Part shown: one piece after another, positions 11,497 through 23,842 of the stretch
How positions within the stretch are numbered: the first letter of the stretch is position 1
Layout of the letters: the number at the start of each line of letters is the position of its first letter
NCBI GenBank assembly: GCA_973895155.1
Contig: OZ316891.1
Coordinates: forward strand, 16,581,651 to 16,645,650
Source of the DNA: Marsupella aquatica
Lineage: Eukaryota > Plantae > Marchantiophyta
Direction of reading: 5' to 3'
DNA: 64,000 bases
Made by a program: the position numbers and the translations under genes
Notes under the pieces: model-generated
Database searches by the model: none
What the model was told of the DNA's origin: nothing
What the model saw: only the letters and a program-made list of their open reading frames with translations

Positions 11497-14013
11497 GTTG
11501 CGTACATACAGCAGCAGCAACAAAGATTCGATACCAGAAAATGATAAGGGGCGAGCCTAGATTTTTTCTCCCCATCGATGGGATACAAAAATGCGCCCTC
11601 GGTTGACAATCGTCATGACTTTGTGCTCCAGTCAGAGAATTTGAGAATGGGGCCGAGACTTGAGATCTGCCCGTCGTCAATTGATATCAAGACCTCGTGC
11701 TCCCGTCAGAGAATTTGACAATCATGTGGAGACAGGATTGTTGACGAATTCTCTTGACAAATTCTTTGATGATTTGTTGAAGTTGTGGATTCATCAGGTG
11801 CCACTTTCGGACTGGATCACTGTTGTTCAAGTCACTTTAGTGATCAATAGTTGATCGCCAGTTGTGTTTCCTCTAAAGAGATGAGCGTCATTTCAAATTA
11901 ATAAGGCTTCTGTTGGTCTTCAAATCAAAAAGATATTTCAGGCAGGCAAGGAAGAAGGTCGAAGTCACACCAAATGGAAGGAAGAAGGTTGTCCGTCAGT
12001 CTTGGTTGCTCAAGGGAAGGAAAGAATTGAAGTAGGGGTTGGACATGTGTCCGTAGATTACAATCGAGATTACAATAGACTAGATTAGTTTGGTTTCGAG
12101 CATTCCTCATCTCCTCTCACTCATCTTAAAATGATTCAACCTACTTTCATCTTAGTTTCAAGTCTATGTCTCGATATAGACTACTGCTATGCCTGCCAAG
12201 CAGAAGGAAATAGAAGGAAAGCACTTCAAACCTGATCGACGCGACTCCATCACTGAAGAGAAGAGCACGGGACGCAAAGAACCAGCAAAGAACGAGCGGG
12301 CAGGGGCACAAGAGAACTATGCAAAACTGTGTAACGTTGGTTAGTTAACCCAGGTCACGATGACGAAAAACTATCAAAACTTTGAAAGTATCGGTTTTGG
12401 TCCCGGGAACCTTTCACACAATTTTCGTGCAGCTTTGATGAATCAAGAAACTTTTGAAGTTGATCTTTTTTCCCGTGGGTCATTGGAGCCCTAAGTTGCA
12501 TGAGTCCTCCCTAGTTAGGGGAGTTTACGGATAGGTTTAATGTACTTAAAAGTTCAAAGAAAAAAAACCTGCCCAAAGGAAAAAACCTATTCCCATCCCA
12601 AAGAGTAATATTACATTAGTGGCATAAATTGTCTTTGCCCAAAGAAAGAAAAGCCTGTCCCCATTTCCATCCCAAAGAATGCGCAAAGCAATGACTGTGT
12701 AGTATTAATTTAGAGACATAAATTAACATTTAAAGTACAAAACTCGATATTTCTAAAAATATTTTTAAAAAAAAACTCGGTATTTCTTCCCATGGAAGAA
12801 TAAATAGGGAATGGTTTATAAATTTTTAATACTAGCTAACAACTAAGGTTTTTACCGTGGGCACAACAAGACATAGATTTGAATGTTTGATTAACATTGT
12901 AAAAAAATTAATGAAATGAAAATAATTAACAAAACACAAAGAAGTTTTGAGGTATGATGAGGGAGACTAAAAACAACCAAGGTATCTTCTCATCAACACT
13001 ATTTGATGTGATTAAGGTGGTAAATCCATGGAGCTGTTGAGCTGATATTGAGAATCGGCAGAGCTAAAGAAGTGTGTTGCTTGTACTTGGATCTAGATCT
13101 TGGGTGAGGTAGTGGAGATTAACGGTTGACCTGGTGCTAAGATGATTACTCCTGGTTAGGGGAGTGTGACTATCGTGAAAACAATTGGAAGCGTAGCAAG
13201 TGATGCCTAGAGAAGGAAGAAAAGTTGGAACCGTTTAGGGTCAAAAGAACACTCGCGAGAGTCTATGTTTTCTCAAGGCGCGACAATCCTGCTTAACAGG
13301 TGAGGAGTGGAATTAGGGAGAAGATCCTGATTACAGCTCATACGATATATAAACTATGTTCTTGAATGATTGGGTGTCGCATTTCTCCAAAGGAGGTGTA
13401 TGTCTAACGGCTCACCTGGAAGGATGGAGGTCCGGGAGCGGTTTACTACATGGATAGTTACATTTAGGTGAAGGAGTCGTGTTTTACTAAGACAATAAAC
13501 ATACTTAGGGCTTGAACACGTGTGAGAGATTGTTGGTAGTTGAACGCAAGTGTGATCTTGGTTTTGTCTTGTCGAATGGACCTTTGGGTTCTCTTGAACT
13601 GGAAAAACGGAAGATGAACAAGCTAGCTGATTAATGGTGATAATGATTAAGGTTTGAGAGATCAGAATTATGCTGTCAAGGTGTAAACTCGGTTGCAATG
13701 AGACGTGGATCATCTCAACTTCCTATGATAGTTAGAAGGCGCAGTTAAGATCAGCCATGAGAGAGGGACCCGCACCTTCAACAATAGATAGATTGCAAAG
13801 TAATGTTGGGATGGAATGGTGGGACCCCTTGGTGAGCTCTAGTCCCTTTGATCCTTGTTTGTTAATTACTACTTTTGTTAAGTTTTAGCAGTTGAACTCA
13901 TTACGCTTTGAAAGGATAAGCGATGATCATTGCTAGTGTAGAATGGTTTCAGTGTAGCATAATCTTTCTTGTAACCTTACAGAGTAGTAGCTAGTTTACC
14001 AAAATATCACAAA

Positions 14014-17000
14014 ATGGACACTTCACCTCACGCATAGAAGGCCGAGGTGGTGGACCTGCTAATCTATAGGCAGATAGGGAACGCAAAGATGCAGAAGGCG
14101 GGGCCATGCATTGGACCTATATTGGGGTGGGCACTATGATCAACATGTCAGCAAAGGGAAAAGAACCTCAGAGGCGACATCCTGGTTCCTGCTCAATGGG
14201 AGAAATTTCAGGGCAAGATGTCAGAACTGGATCCATCAAGCGACCCGGCATGGATCCAAAGCAACAACAAGCAAAGCTAGTACGGACTCAAGCCATCTGG
14301 AGTGGGGTCGGATGGCTATTTGCGCTAGGACTCTCAAAGGACTCGTGATCAATTCACGATGGACGAATTGGTAGGAGGACATGAACTGCTTGTTGTGGAA
14401 TGTTTCCACTTGATGATATTGGAGATAGATTGGAAAATGAGAGCAAGACTAGTGTGCTGATAGGAACAATGGAACTACCACACTCGTGACTGCACATAAT
14501 GTGGTTGAAGCTTCAGGAGCTGCGAGAATGGCGGAAATTGAAGCTTGCATTCCAATCCTAAAAGAATTTATTGATCTTTCCATTCAAGACTGGCCTTTGA
14601 AGCTTCACACTACGATACAATTGTCACTTGATGAAGCAACGGAAACAATTACTGAGATTTTCAACTGCACTATGATATGCTACTTTACTGATCGGGCACC
14701 CATGTTGCCAACGTTTAAAGTCTGGTTCAACAAAACTTTTGTGAATGAAATGAATTGGCCGGTCACTCAAGTTAATTTTGTGGGTTAAAGTTTCTACATG
14801 GTTACCTTCAGGAATCCTGAACATCGTGATTTTGCTTTGGCTGGTGCTCTATGGTTCCTAGACCGGAAATTTGTGTTCACCTTCCCTTGGGACCCATCCT
14901 TTGATATGAGGAGTGAATCACCTATGCTACCAGTCTTGATCAAAATTCCCTTTTGAGCATTGATTCTAGAACCTTGTTAGAGGAAATTGGATGCCTCTTT
15001 AGGTGATATTCTGCACTACATTCAGGGAGATGACCTGAGTTCTTACCCCCATGACAGAGCAGCCATGTATTTTGTGGGATACCCAAAGAGAGGTACCCTT
15101 GAGTGTGGAAGTGCAGATTCAATCAGGCTTGTCTATCTGGCAACCTGTCATCTTCAAAAACATTCCCATTCATTGCTTTCAATGCGGCAAGAAAGGCATT
15201 TGGCTCGGGATTGCTTGACTCACGAGGAAGCAAACCTGTCCAAAGCTGCTCCTACTACAGAAACTCATCCTGACCCCGATCCAAAGGCAACCTCCGGTGT
15301 CGAAAGCTCTCATCCTGTTGTGCTTTTGGATGACCTGGAGGGAATTCCAATGGTTGCTACAATTTTTATTCCATCTATGGAACCAGCAACTCTGAGGGAA
15401 ACTCCAGCTGCAATGGGAGAAGTACTTCACAGTCCGATACTATTTGTTGACTACGCTGAGGTGGAAAGGAGTCAACATCCAATAACAACAACTTGGGAAT
15501 GCAAAGAATTAATCCCCTGATGCTGGAATTTCAGAGGAAATTGCTACCCTTGCTCTCTCTCACAGGGAATGTGATTCCCCGGGTTATTCAGGACTTGAAG
15601 GGAATGAATAATCCGCAAAACACACAATTAGAAAGTGCCAAAGCAAATAACCCCCCTCCAGTGGATTCAGATCTGGATGTTCGGAATACAACCCAATCAA
15701 TTGTGACCAAGGAACCAGTGGCCACTTTTGAGGATGGGGATGGAGAACCAATGTCTACTTCTGATCCCCCTTCTAACATGGTGATGTCAGAATATGAGGG
15801 CTTCATCTCGAGACATAAATGAAAAGAGAAAGAGCTAGAAAACTAGCAAGGAGTTCCCCTCCCAAAGAGAAAAAGAAGGAGAAAGCGAAGAAAAAAGCCA
15901 AGAACCAACGCTTCTTACATTTTAACTCGGATGCTAAATTGTGGGATGTAGAGGGCTGGACAAGATAAGAGCAGAAGTTGGCGGGTGAGCACGGGTGACC
16001 TTCTGAGAGCCCTACAAGGATTTTAGAGGAGAAGGGAGAATTTGCATTGGCAGCCAGCACTGATCCCCTGCGTGATCTCACAATGGTTGACCCATTTGTA
16101 ATGGGCTCCTCTACATCACCAAATTACGGCGGTCTGAATGCTGGCTTTTTCCAGCTGGAAGAATGGGGACAAGAAATATAAAGCAAATTTGAGGCTCTTC
16201 CAATTTGCCTCTTGGAACGTATGCGGACTCTGTGATCCCGATTGAAGAATGTAGTCTTGAAATGGGTCTCTAATTTATGGCCTTCTGTTGATGCTCTAGC
16301 CCTACAGGAGGTTAAAGCCGATGCTTTCAGGCTGGATAATGCTTTTAGAACTATCCTACTTTCTTTCAAATACTACTATTCTGCCCATGAGGAGGAACAT
16401 GGGGGAACTGCAATTCTCTTGCATCCCTCCTTTGTGGTGCGTTCATCAGGGATTTTAGATAAAGGCCGTGCAGTCTGGATCTGTCTGGAGCATGAGGAGG
16501 GGAATTTTGGGCTTATTAGTATCCGCCCCAAATTTGCAGGGAGAACAGATCTTGCTATGGAATGATTTGCTCAACACTCTACCTCAGGAGAGATGGATCT
16601 TATGTGGCAATTTCAACATGATTGAAGGACCACGGGACTCTACAGGATAGTCCCCTCTTATCCGGGGAAGGGAATTGGATTTTTGGTGGCTATTAAAGCT
16701 TAGATGTGACCTGCAAGATACACAAGATATCTTGGGACAGGTGATAGTTTCTAATTTCACTTGGAGGAGAGTTTGCAATGGTCATCTTATTCAATCTCGG
16801 CTAGATCGATTCTACCAGAGCAAAAATGGATGGCTGAAATCATTGAAATCAAACATGATGGCTCATCCACTTTATCTGATCATGGTCCAATTATCATCAC
16901 TTTCCGGATGACCCCCCTCTACGTTGCAGAGGCAAGCACACATAGAGCCAGATGTTTCAAGGCGAACCCTTCGATACTAAGAAGAGAGGAGAATATTGAA

Positions 17001-18050
17001 ATGCCAACAAAAGCTTGGAGGAAGGATCAGGATTGCTCTCCAGACCCACACTTGAGGTTTGCCAATGCTTTTTAAACATTGAGAAGGTGCTACATGGAGC
17101 TACAATTCTCACTGGTTCCTTGGGAGAGGAGATGGCGAGAATGCAAAATAAACTTTGCTTGCGGAAGATTGCCATTACGGAGGAGTATTCAGAGGACACT
17201 ATACAGGATTTTACCTGTACTGATCAATGTGTACATGAAATGGAATTGGAAGAGGCCCACCACAATCGGCGTTTGTCTTGGATTAACTGGTTGGGGCAAG
17301 GAGATGAGCCATCCAAATTTTACTTTTTAATGGTAAAGACTAAAAGAACACAAGAAAATATGGAATATCTGACCGTTGAGGACAGAAGGGAGATACGGGA
17401 AGAAACTTTGATCGTGAAGGAGGTACAACGACACTGTGTAGCATTGTACACCCCAACGAAACGTAATGGAGAGGAGCAGTGGGAAATGCGTGCTGCTCGT
17501 AGAAGACTGTGCCAACATACTCATTTTGCCCTGCCTGCAACTGAGATTCGAAGGTTGGAAAGGTTGCCTACTATGGAATCTTGAACTACATGAGACACTA
17601 TTATTGTTACCAGGTGATAAGGCACCTGGAGTATATGGTATGATTGCAGAAGTCTTACGTGCTTGTTGGAGCTTTATGAAAGAGAGTTTTTACGAAATGA
17701 TATGGAATTTCTGGAGGATGGGTAACATTGCTTTTGGAATTAAGGAAGGTGTGATCCACTTTATTCCTAAGAAGACAGAAAAGAGAAGACTGGGAGATTG
17801 GAGAGGCCTAACAATGCTAACCAGTACTTACAAGGTGATTGCCAAGCTACTTGCTCTGCGGCTTAAGATACTACTACCTAGAATGATCAGCCCACAAAAG
17901 ACGTGCTTCATTCCTAGGAGACACATTTTGGAAAATATGTCTTCAAAATATTGGATTAATCTTACGCAAACTCCAACTCTCTTTTTGCAACTTCATTTTG
18001 AACAGGCTTTTGACAGGGATCCTCCTATATCTGGGAGACTATGAATCTGT
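14014..18050 (+). mobile_element. Degenerate L1-clade LINE: ORF1 (DUF4283-like) and ORF2 (APE endonuclease plus RT N-half), 3' truncated
   Basis: ORF1 remnants match 62737-64000 (NCTMICYFTDR, F..WDPSFD); endonuclease motifs LALQEVK, WILCGNFN, SRLDRF, LSDHGP; RT motifs KAPGVYG, WRGLTMLTSTYKVIAK, FEQAFDR; many stops and frameshifts. Confidence 0.9.
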
Positions 18051-18054
18051 TAGG

Positions 18055-20545
18055 TGTTGCCCAAGTCTGATATTTTAGAGTCTAATTTAGCTCCAACAGA
18101 AGCAAAAGTAAAGTACATAGGGGGATGCAAGGCAATGGAGAAGGCTTGTCTAGGTGTGGCTACCGTCAACTGTAGTTGGGCTAGGAGACCTCAAAAGGTG
18201 CCTGTGAAGGATACATTTAAAGATGGGTCAGTGTTGTCCGGAAAGCAAAGTTACAAGTACTTTCTTCTTGGTAATGGATATCATGAATTTCTTCTCAGTT
18301 TGAGGTTCACATTTGTTTTTATACAAAGAAAAGAAAGGCAACAGCGTCTGGGAGTTTGAAGAGTGGGGCGGACGATGGCAAGGAGCCCAAGTCCCCTGAT
18401 GTTGAGATCACAACAAAATCTGATGTGGATATTGGGTCCATCAAGCGTTTGAAGAGAAAGCGTAATCTCCATATTCCCTTTGACTTGGATGAAGAAGAAG
18501 CGTCCGTAGCAGAAGCACAAATGTGCGGGTTCAAGAAGGATGGGGAGTGACACTTCTTTGCTAAGAGCAATCTGAATAAAAGTGCAAACTCCATCAGCCA
18601 AACGAAAGTAAGACCTCTGTAGATGGGAGATGCAAATCACTGGTTGTCTTTGATTACCAAATTGAGCGAACACCCAAATCCTGTGATTATTAACAGGAGC
18701 CATTCTCTGGAATTGGTGCTCACTTTGGTTTTATTTTCCTTCCGGTTGGTCGTATAACGAGTGTCACAGACCCTGAAGTCCCAAAGTGGAATGTGTGGGG
18801 TGAGTAGTTACCATATTATTTCTTTGGGGTGATGCATTCAATGCTTGCTGACTATGGTTATGTTGCAGTTCTTCACAGCTCCGACTCGTTACATGAGACA
18901 AAAAAAATTCAGCAATCAAGCAGAAGAATAAATGTAAACATGTTTGGCAATATTTGGTTTTGCTAGCATCTCCTTTGTTCCAGGCACATATGGATGTTTT
19001 GGTAAACACCATGCTTAATAGGCCTAGTTTTACGCATGATTTTTGGTTAGCAAGCTCGCTAACCAAAAGACACCATTTTTTTAAAAGTTTTATTTTGGAT
19101 GGTAGTTACTCTCATCATGGGTGTCTTTTGCAAAGTGGAATGTACAGAAAAATACCTAAACATGTTGGATACGTTCCGTTGACGTCTTGTGAGGATGCCC
19201 AACATAAATTGATGCTGAGTGTTTGCTACCCAAAAACTGATCCCAATCCAAGAGCAGCTTTTGCAGGATCTAATAGATTGGTGCTTGGGTTTATGCAAGC
19301 CATTATGGAGATCTATCATGTGCCTAAGGACATAGTCATCGATTGGACCATAAGGAGATGGAGGCGCTTTCACCGCTGGGGAGTATTGCAGTAGATTTGT
19401 TGTAGGTGTAGAGGATAGAGACATTCTTCCTCCTTGTACTCAAAAAAGGGGATCCAAAAGCTTTTTCTTGAGATGGAGCTTGGGGTCAAGTCACAACCCC
19501 TTATGCCATGACAAATCCTGTTAAAGCAGGATTGCTTCCATTGAAGGTTGAGGCACTCTTCCAAACACTCAATTACATCATTCGTGTAAGAGAGTTAGAG
19601 GAAGAAAGATTTCCTTTCCATGCCTTGCGTTCATCTTCAGCTAAAGGTTGGTATGCAGATGTGTGTAGGTGGGCTCATGCCTGGGACTTTCCTGAACACG
19701 AAACACCCAACAAAGCTTAGATCTGCACTTGAACAAAGGGCTATATATGCACAAACTCAGGCATGATCCTAGCCCACGGCTGCAATACTACATGAGGGAT
19801 GTGAACCCTACGGAGAAATATGGAGAGCAAGAATACCTATCAAATACTATCAGTACAACTCAGACATATAATTGCTTGCTATAGACTTAGTTCACAACAT
19901 CTTGAAGTAGAACAAGGGAGATGGAAGGGTATTGAGAGGAAAAATAGGGTTTGCCAACTTTGTGATAGCTCTATCTAGTATAGAGAATGAATATCATGTT
20001 TTCATTGCTTGCAAGTTTTATGAGGGTGTAAGAATGGCATCTCAGATCTTGGTGAAAGATTTGTATGCATTGTTTAGTTTGCCCCCTCAACAACTTGGTA
20101 GATTTATCTTAGCAATTGATAGAGAACGGGAGAGAAGGTTTGGGACATCTCTGAGGATTCTTTAGGTCCTTAGCTGGATAGAGGATAGATTGATCCCCAA
20201 TTGATCCTCTATTGAGCAATTTCTTTTAATTGCTCATATCTTTGCGTTATACTTTTTTGTTAGTTGTAGCTCCTTTGACTTTTATGGTCCTGGAGCTTAT
20301 AATACATTACCATTATCATTGAGACATTCTTCCTCCTTGTACTCAAAAAAGTCTTGCAAAGGTGTTGGAGAGACATACCCGGAAATTGAAAATGACCGCG
20401 GCCCAGAAGGAGGACTACAATGATAATGGTTCAAATGATGAGTTCACAATCCCAGGAGATGATCAGGCAAGACCTTCTGATGAGAAGGATTTTGACCTGG
20501 AGTAAAATACTTGGCCGTTGATATCGAACTCCCATGTTTGTTGTA
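18055..20545 (+). pseudogene. Second, more decayed partial copy of the 3' half of the ParB-MTase-like transposon gene (paralog of ~34585-36160), interrupted by a LINE
   Basis: Shared peptides KSGADDG.EPKSPDVE.TTKS and SVCYPKTDP.PRAAFAGSNRL..GFMQA.MEI...PKDIVIDWT; same intron positions. Confidence 0.85.
19449..20320 (+). mobile_element. 5'-truncated non-LTR retrotransposon 3' end (RTE-X/L2-like C-terminal domain)
   Basis: YRLSSQHLEVEQGRWKGIERKNRVCQLC..IENEYHVFIACKFY; (CAT)n-like tail TACATTACCATTATCATT; 31-bp TSD at 19418-19448 and 20321-20351. Confidence 0.8.
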
Positions 20546-20644
20546 AGTAGTGGGTAATTCCAAAAGCATGAAGAAGCTGAAATTTTTAAATTTTTTTACG
20601 GTGTTTAGACTGCAATTTTTGCTAACTGTAACTGTAAACAGCAT

Positions 20645-20760
20645 TCAAAGTTACTAAGTTACTAAGTTCCTAAGTTATGAGTAAACTCAGTTTACTAGTT
20701 TACTAGTTTACTAGTTCACTGGTTTACGAGTTAGGACTTAAGAGTTTACAAGTTATGCTT
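20645..20760 (+). repeat. Degenerate 8-bp tandem repeat (AAGTTACT/AGTTTACT)
   Basis: Directly visible array of about a dozen imperfect units. Confidence 0.75.
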
Positions 20761-20799
20761 TACGATTTGGCGACCCTGTGATCGTGACATCTTACAGCT

Positions 20800-21230
20800 A
20801 GTTCAACGGGACTCCACAACGGATGAAGAGCGCACCTTGAAAGGGAAGGAATGCAAGACATAGGCGCTCATTACTGACTTCTCTTCCACCTTACCTCTCA
20901 AACTCTTGCTGAATTCAACCAGTACTTTAAGGATGTTACTTGGAGGCTTCGTCCATTCTATTCTAGGATGATGAGAACTGAAGATTTCCTATTCCATTAC
21001 CCTCAAGTTTATGCTGCTACCTGCAATCACTATGATGTGATTGGAGTTTACAGAGAGGCACTTCGTATAGATTCATGCTACTTAATGAAGAGAATGCCTT
21101 TGATGTATCCTGAGAGACAACTGAGATGCTTGCCCTATTCTCGAGGATCACCACGTCAAGCCGAGCTCATGGAGGTTACCCAGTCAGGGACTGTTGCATT
21201 TGTGAAGCTTATCGAACCACATGACATTCA
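20800..21230 (+). pseudogene. Unknown ORF fragment disrupted by the copia insertion; continues in 23480-23380 (inverted) and 27298-27522
   Basis: ORF 20968-21230; after undoing the inversion the flanks read GQFGGSSSSLRRTLTPPK-HSGLAAKSPPKPK...EASP* in one frame. Confidence 0.5.
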
Positions 21231-21231
21231 G

Positions 21232-21476
21232 GTTAGTTTTAACCCTAGATTACATTAGGATAAGATCCGCTTAGTTTAGGCCCACTCATCTTGGCCCCCT
21301 TGGGGGGTATAGGCTGGAGGGAGAGCACTCTCTCCCTCATTCTTCACATGTACTCTCATTTGCTATGGAGCCTTCAGGAGTTTCTCCACTCGGGGTGTCT
21401 CGTCGGTGTAGCGTCTGATTGAGTGTCTCTCATGTTTCCGCATTGCTGTCTAGTCCGGAGCCGACGGTTTCTTACA
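21232..21476 (+). repeat. Copia 5' LTR, first ~55 bp deleted
   Basis: Reverse complement of 23481-23725; ends TTCTTACA, followed by AG and TGGTATC. Confidence 0.9.
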
Positions 21477-21493
21477 AGTGGTATCCTGTCCTG

Positions 21494-22386
21494 GTGGAGC
21501 CAACACCTGTCCACCTGGGAAGTAAGAGGATTCATGTTCAGAAAGGGTGACGGTTTTCCAATTGTAACTTCTCTGAAGTGTTGGATGTGTCACTGTGTTT
21601 TTCTGAAGGGATTGTTGGGTGTCCAGTCCAACGATCTTCTATGCACGTCGGTCGTCGCTGCGCAACATTTTTCGGCGGAGCGGCAGGAGAAAGTACGAGA
21701 GGACTACTAGGGCGAGTGTACAAGCCCCATCATACGTACGCCTGTACATGGCGGTACGAGGCCAAAGGCACAAGCAGGTGGGCGGGGTACAACTGTACCC
21801 GAAGGTACAGTGGGGAGAGGGAGCTCCCTCCTCACGGGAGTATTTTCCTGCAGGGCCCAAGGTGTGAGCAGGTACAACTGTACCTGCAGGTACAGTACTT
21901 GAAAGTACTGCATTAAGTGGGAAGGGAAGGATTTGTGCTCCCTTCTTACGGGAGTCATTTTCTTTGGGCACAAGGCCCTATGAGCATTGAAGAGGGGGAG
22001 AGGGGGAGCGAGCACTCCTTTCCCTTGGGAGTTTTTAATTAGGCTCAAGGCCCTATGCTGCAGCTTGGAGAAGGGGTGAGATGGGAGTTTTAATGCTCCC
22101 TCCTTTCGGGAGCACTTAAGTGGTTTCAAGGGCACGAGGCCCTATAAATGTACGAGCTAGCCAGGAGGGCTCGGGTGCATTTAAGGAGGGTACGAGGAAG
22201 TATTTAAAGGGTCAATGCGCGACCCTATGCGTGGGAGGACAAGGCACGGAAAAGTTTTTTTTAAAGAATTTTTTTGAGGTCGGTAGGGACGAACGCTCGT
22301 CCCTAGTCTTCATTTTTTTTCTTTGTTCTTTTCTTTTTCTCTCCACGATTACTCTTACTTCCCAGGTGGACAGGTGTTGGCTCCAC
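21494..22386. mobile_element. Non-coding insert with perfect 35-bp inverted repeats (MITE/foldback-like) at the copia PBS
   Basis: GTGGAGCCAACACCTGTCCACCTGGGAAGTAAGAG at 21494-21528 and its reverse complement at 22352-22386; no clear TSD. Confidence 0.6.
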
Positions 22387-22822
22387 ATTTCTTCTGCTGT
22401 AAAATTCGACTGTACTTTGATTCCCTCCAAAAGATACTTTTCCAGAGAGCTGAATTTTGGCCAAAATTTCCGAATTCGGCGGTTGTCGAGGCAGAATTTT
22501 TTCGCACTGCTTTGCAAGGGGATACTCAAGGGAGTTGAGCACGGGCCTGTGAAATCAATTTGCATTTAACTATTGCAAAAAATTTTCGGGACCTAAGATA
22601 CCCGACGGGGGTCAAAACGGCCATTTTGACCCCCCTCCGGTCCGGGTTGAATAAGTTTTCGCTGGAGAAGTTTTTTGCCAAATCATTTTCAGATCTTGGT
22701 AGTGTACCTTGTAGGCTACGCGGTAGTGCATTCCATTTCCAATTTCACCAACTTTCATTTTTTGGTGACTTTTTGGGTGGAGGTATTTTGGTTGTGTTTC
22801 CTGTGTGTTTGTGGCAGCACAA

Positions 22823-23379
22823 ATGACTTCAAGAAAGCTTGCGGCGCCAAAGTTTGAGGTGGAGAAGTTTGACAAGAAGGTCAGCTTCAGCCTCTGGACT
22901 CGGAAGGTGACCAATGTGTTGATCCAGCAGGGTCTTGAGAAGACCCTCACTGGAGTGAAACCCTCGAATCTAACAGATGAGGAGTGGGAGGACATGTCGG
23001 TGCAGGCGTGTAGCACAATTGAGTTGTTCTTGGCAAACAACATTCTCAAGAACGTGTTGGGGATGGATCGGAATGCCAAGAAAATTTGGGATATGCTTAC
23101 TCAGCTATACCAGAGTACTTCGTTGACTACTCGCATTTATCACTTGGAGCGGCTGTTCAGGTTGAAGTTGAAGGATGGTGGCAACATGCATGATCACCTC
23201 AGTCTCTTTGATGAGATTGTGCACGAGGTGGCCACGGTGGGAGACAAGTTGACCGATGAGTATCTTGCGATGCATTTGTTGATGTCGCTTCCTCAGAGCT
23301 ATTCGCCGTTGGTGACAGTCATCACACATGACAAGTCTACATTAAAGCTGGATGAGGTAAAGGCTACCATTCTTGCTGA
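22823..23379 (+). pseudogene. gag: Copia gag N-terminal part (UBN2-type), cut by the inversion breakpoint
   Basis: KFEVEKFDKKVSFSLW..., LLMSLPQSYSPLV, LKLDEVKATILA. Confidence 0.9.
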
Positions 23380-23480
23380 CTTTGGAGGAGTCAGTGTTCT
23401 CCTCAATGATGATGACGATCCACCAAATTGACCTATTGCAGTTGGGACACTGCTATCTATGAAGAAGTAGTGGACCTAAC

Positions 23481-23775
23481 TGTAAGAAATCGTCGGCTCC
23501 GGACTAGACAGCAATGCGGAAACATGAGAGACACTCAATCAGACGCTACACCGACGAGACACCCCGAGTGGAGAAACTACTGAAGGCTCCATAGCAAAAG
23601 AGAGTACATGTGAAGAATGAGGGAGAGAGTGCTCTCCCTCCAGCCTATACCCCCCAAGGGGGCCAAGATGAGTGGGCCTAAACTAAGCGGATCTTATCCT
23701 AATGTAATCTAGGGTTAAAACTAACCCTAGTAAGGCCAAGCTAACTATGTCGGGAACTAGAGTCAATTCCTAACA
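23481..23775 (-). repeat. Copia 3' LTR (295 bp, TGTTAG...TTACA) preceded by the PPT (23776-23788)
   Basis: TG..CA ends on the - strand; PPT TCAAGGTGGAGAT; matches 21232-21476 and 50280-50579. Confidence 0.9.
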
Positions 23776-23842
23776 ATCTCCACCTTGACTCAAGTTCACA
23801 CAATGAGTCAGGTGATATACAATATGTAACTAAGTAACATAT

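Noticed and set aside
12825-12870. Possible Helitron terminus (ACTAG/ACTAAG...ACCGTGGGCAC)
   Set aside because: No convincing hairpin, no partner end and no Rep/helicase sequence
12950-13750. Decayed coding-like segment, perhaps a LINE ORF1 remnant
   Set aside because: Too degenerate to assign by eye
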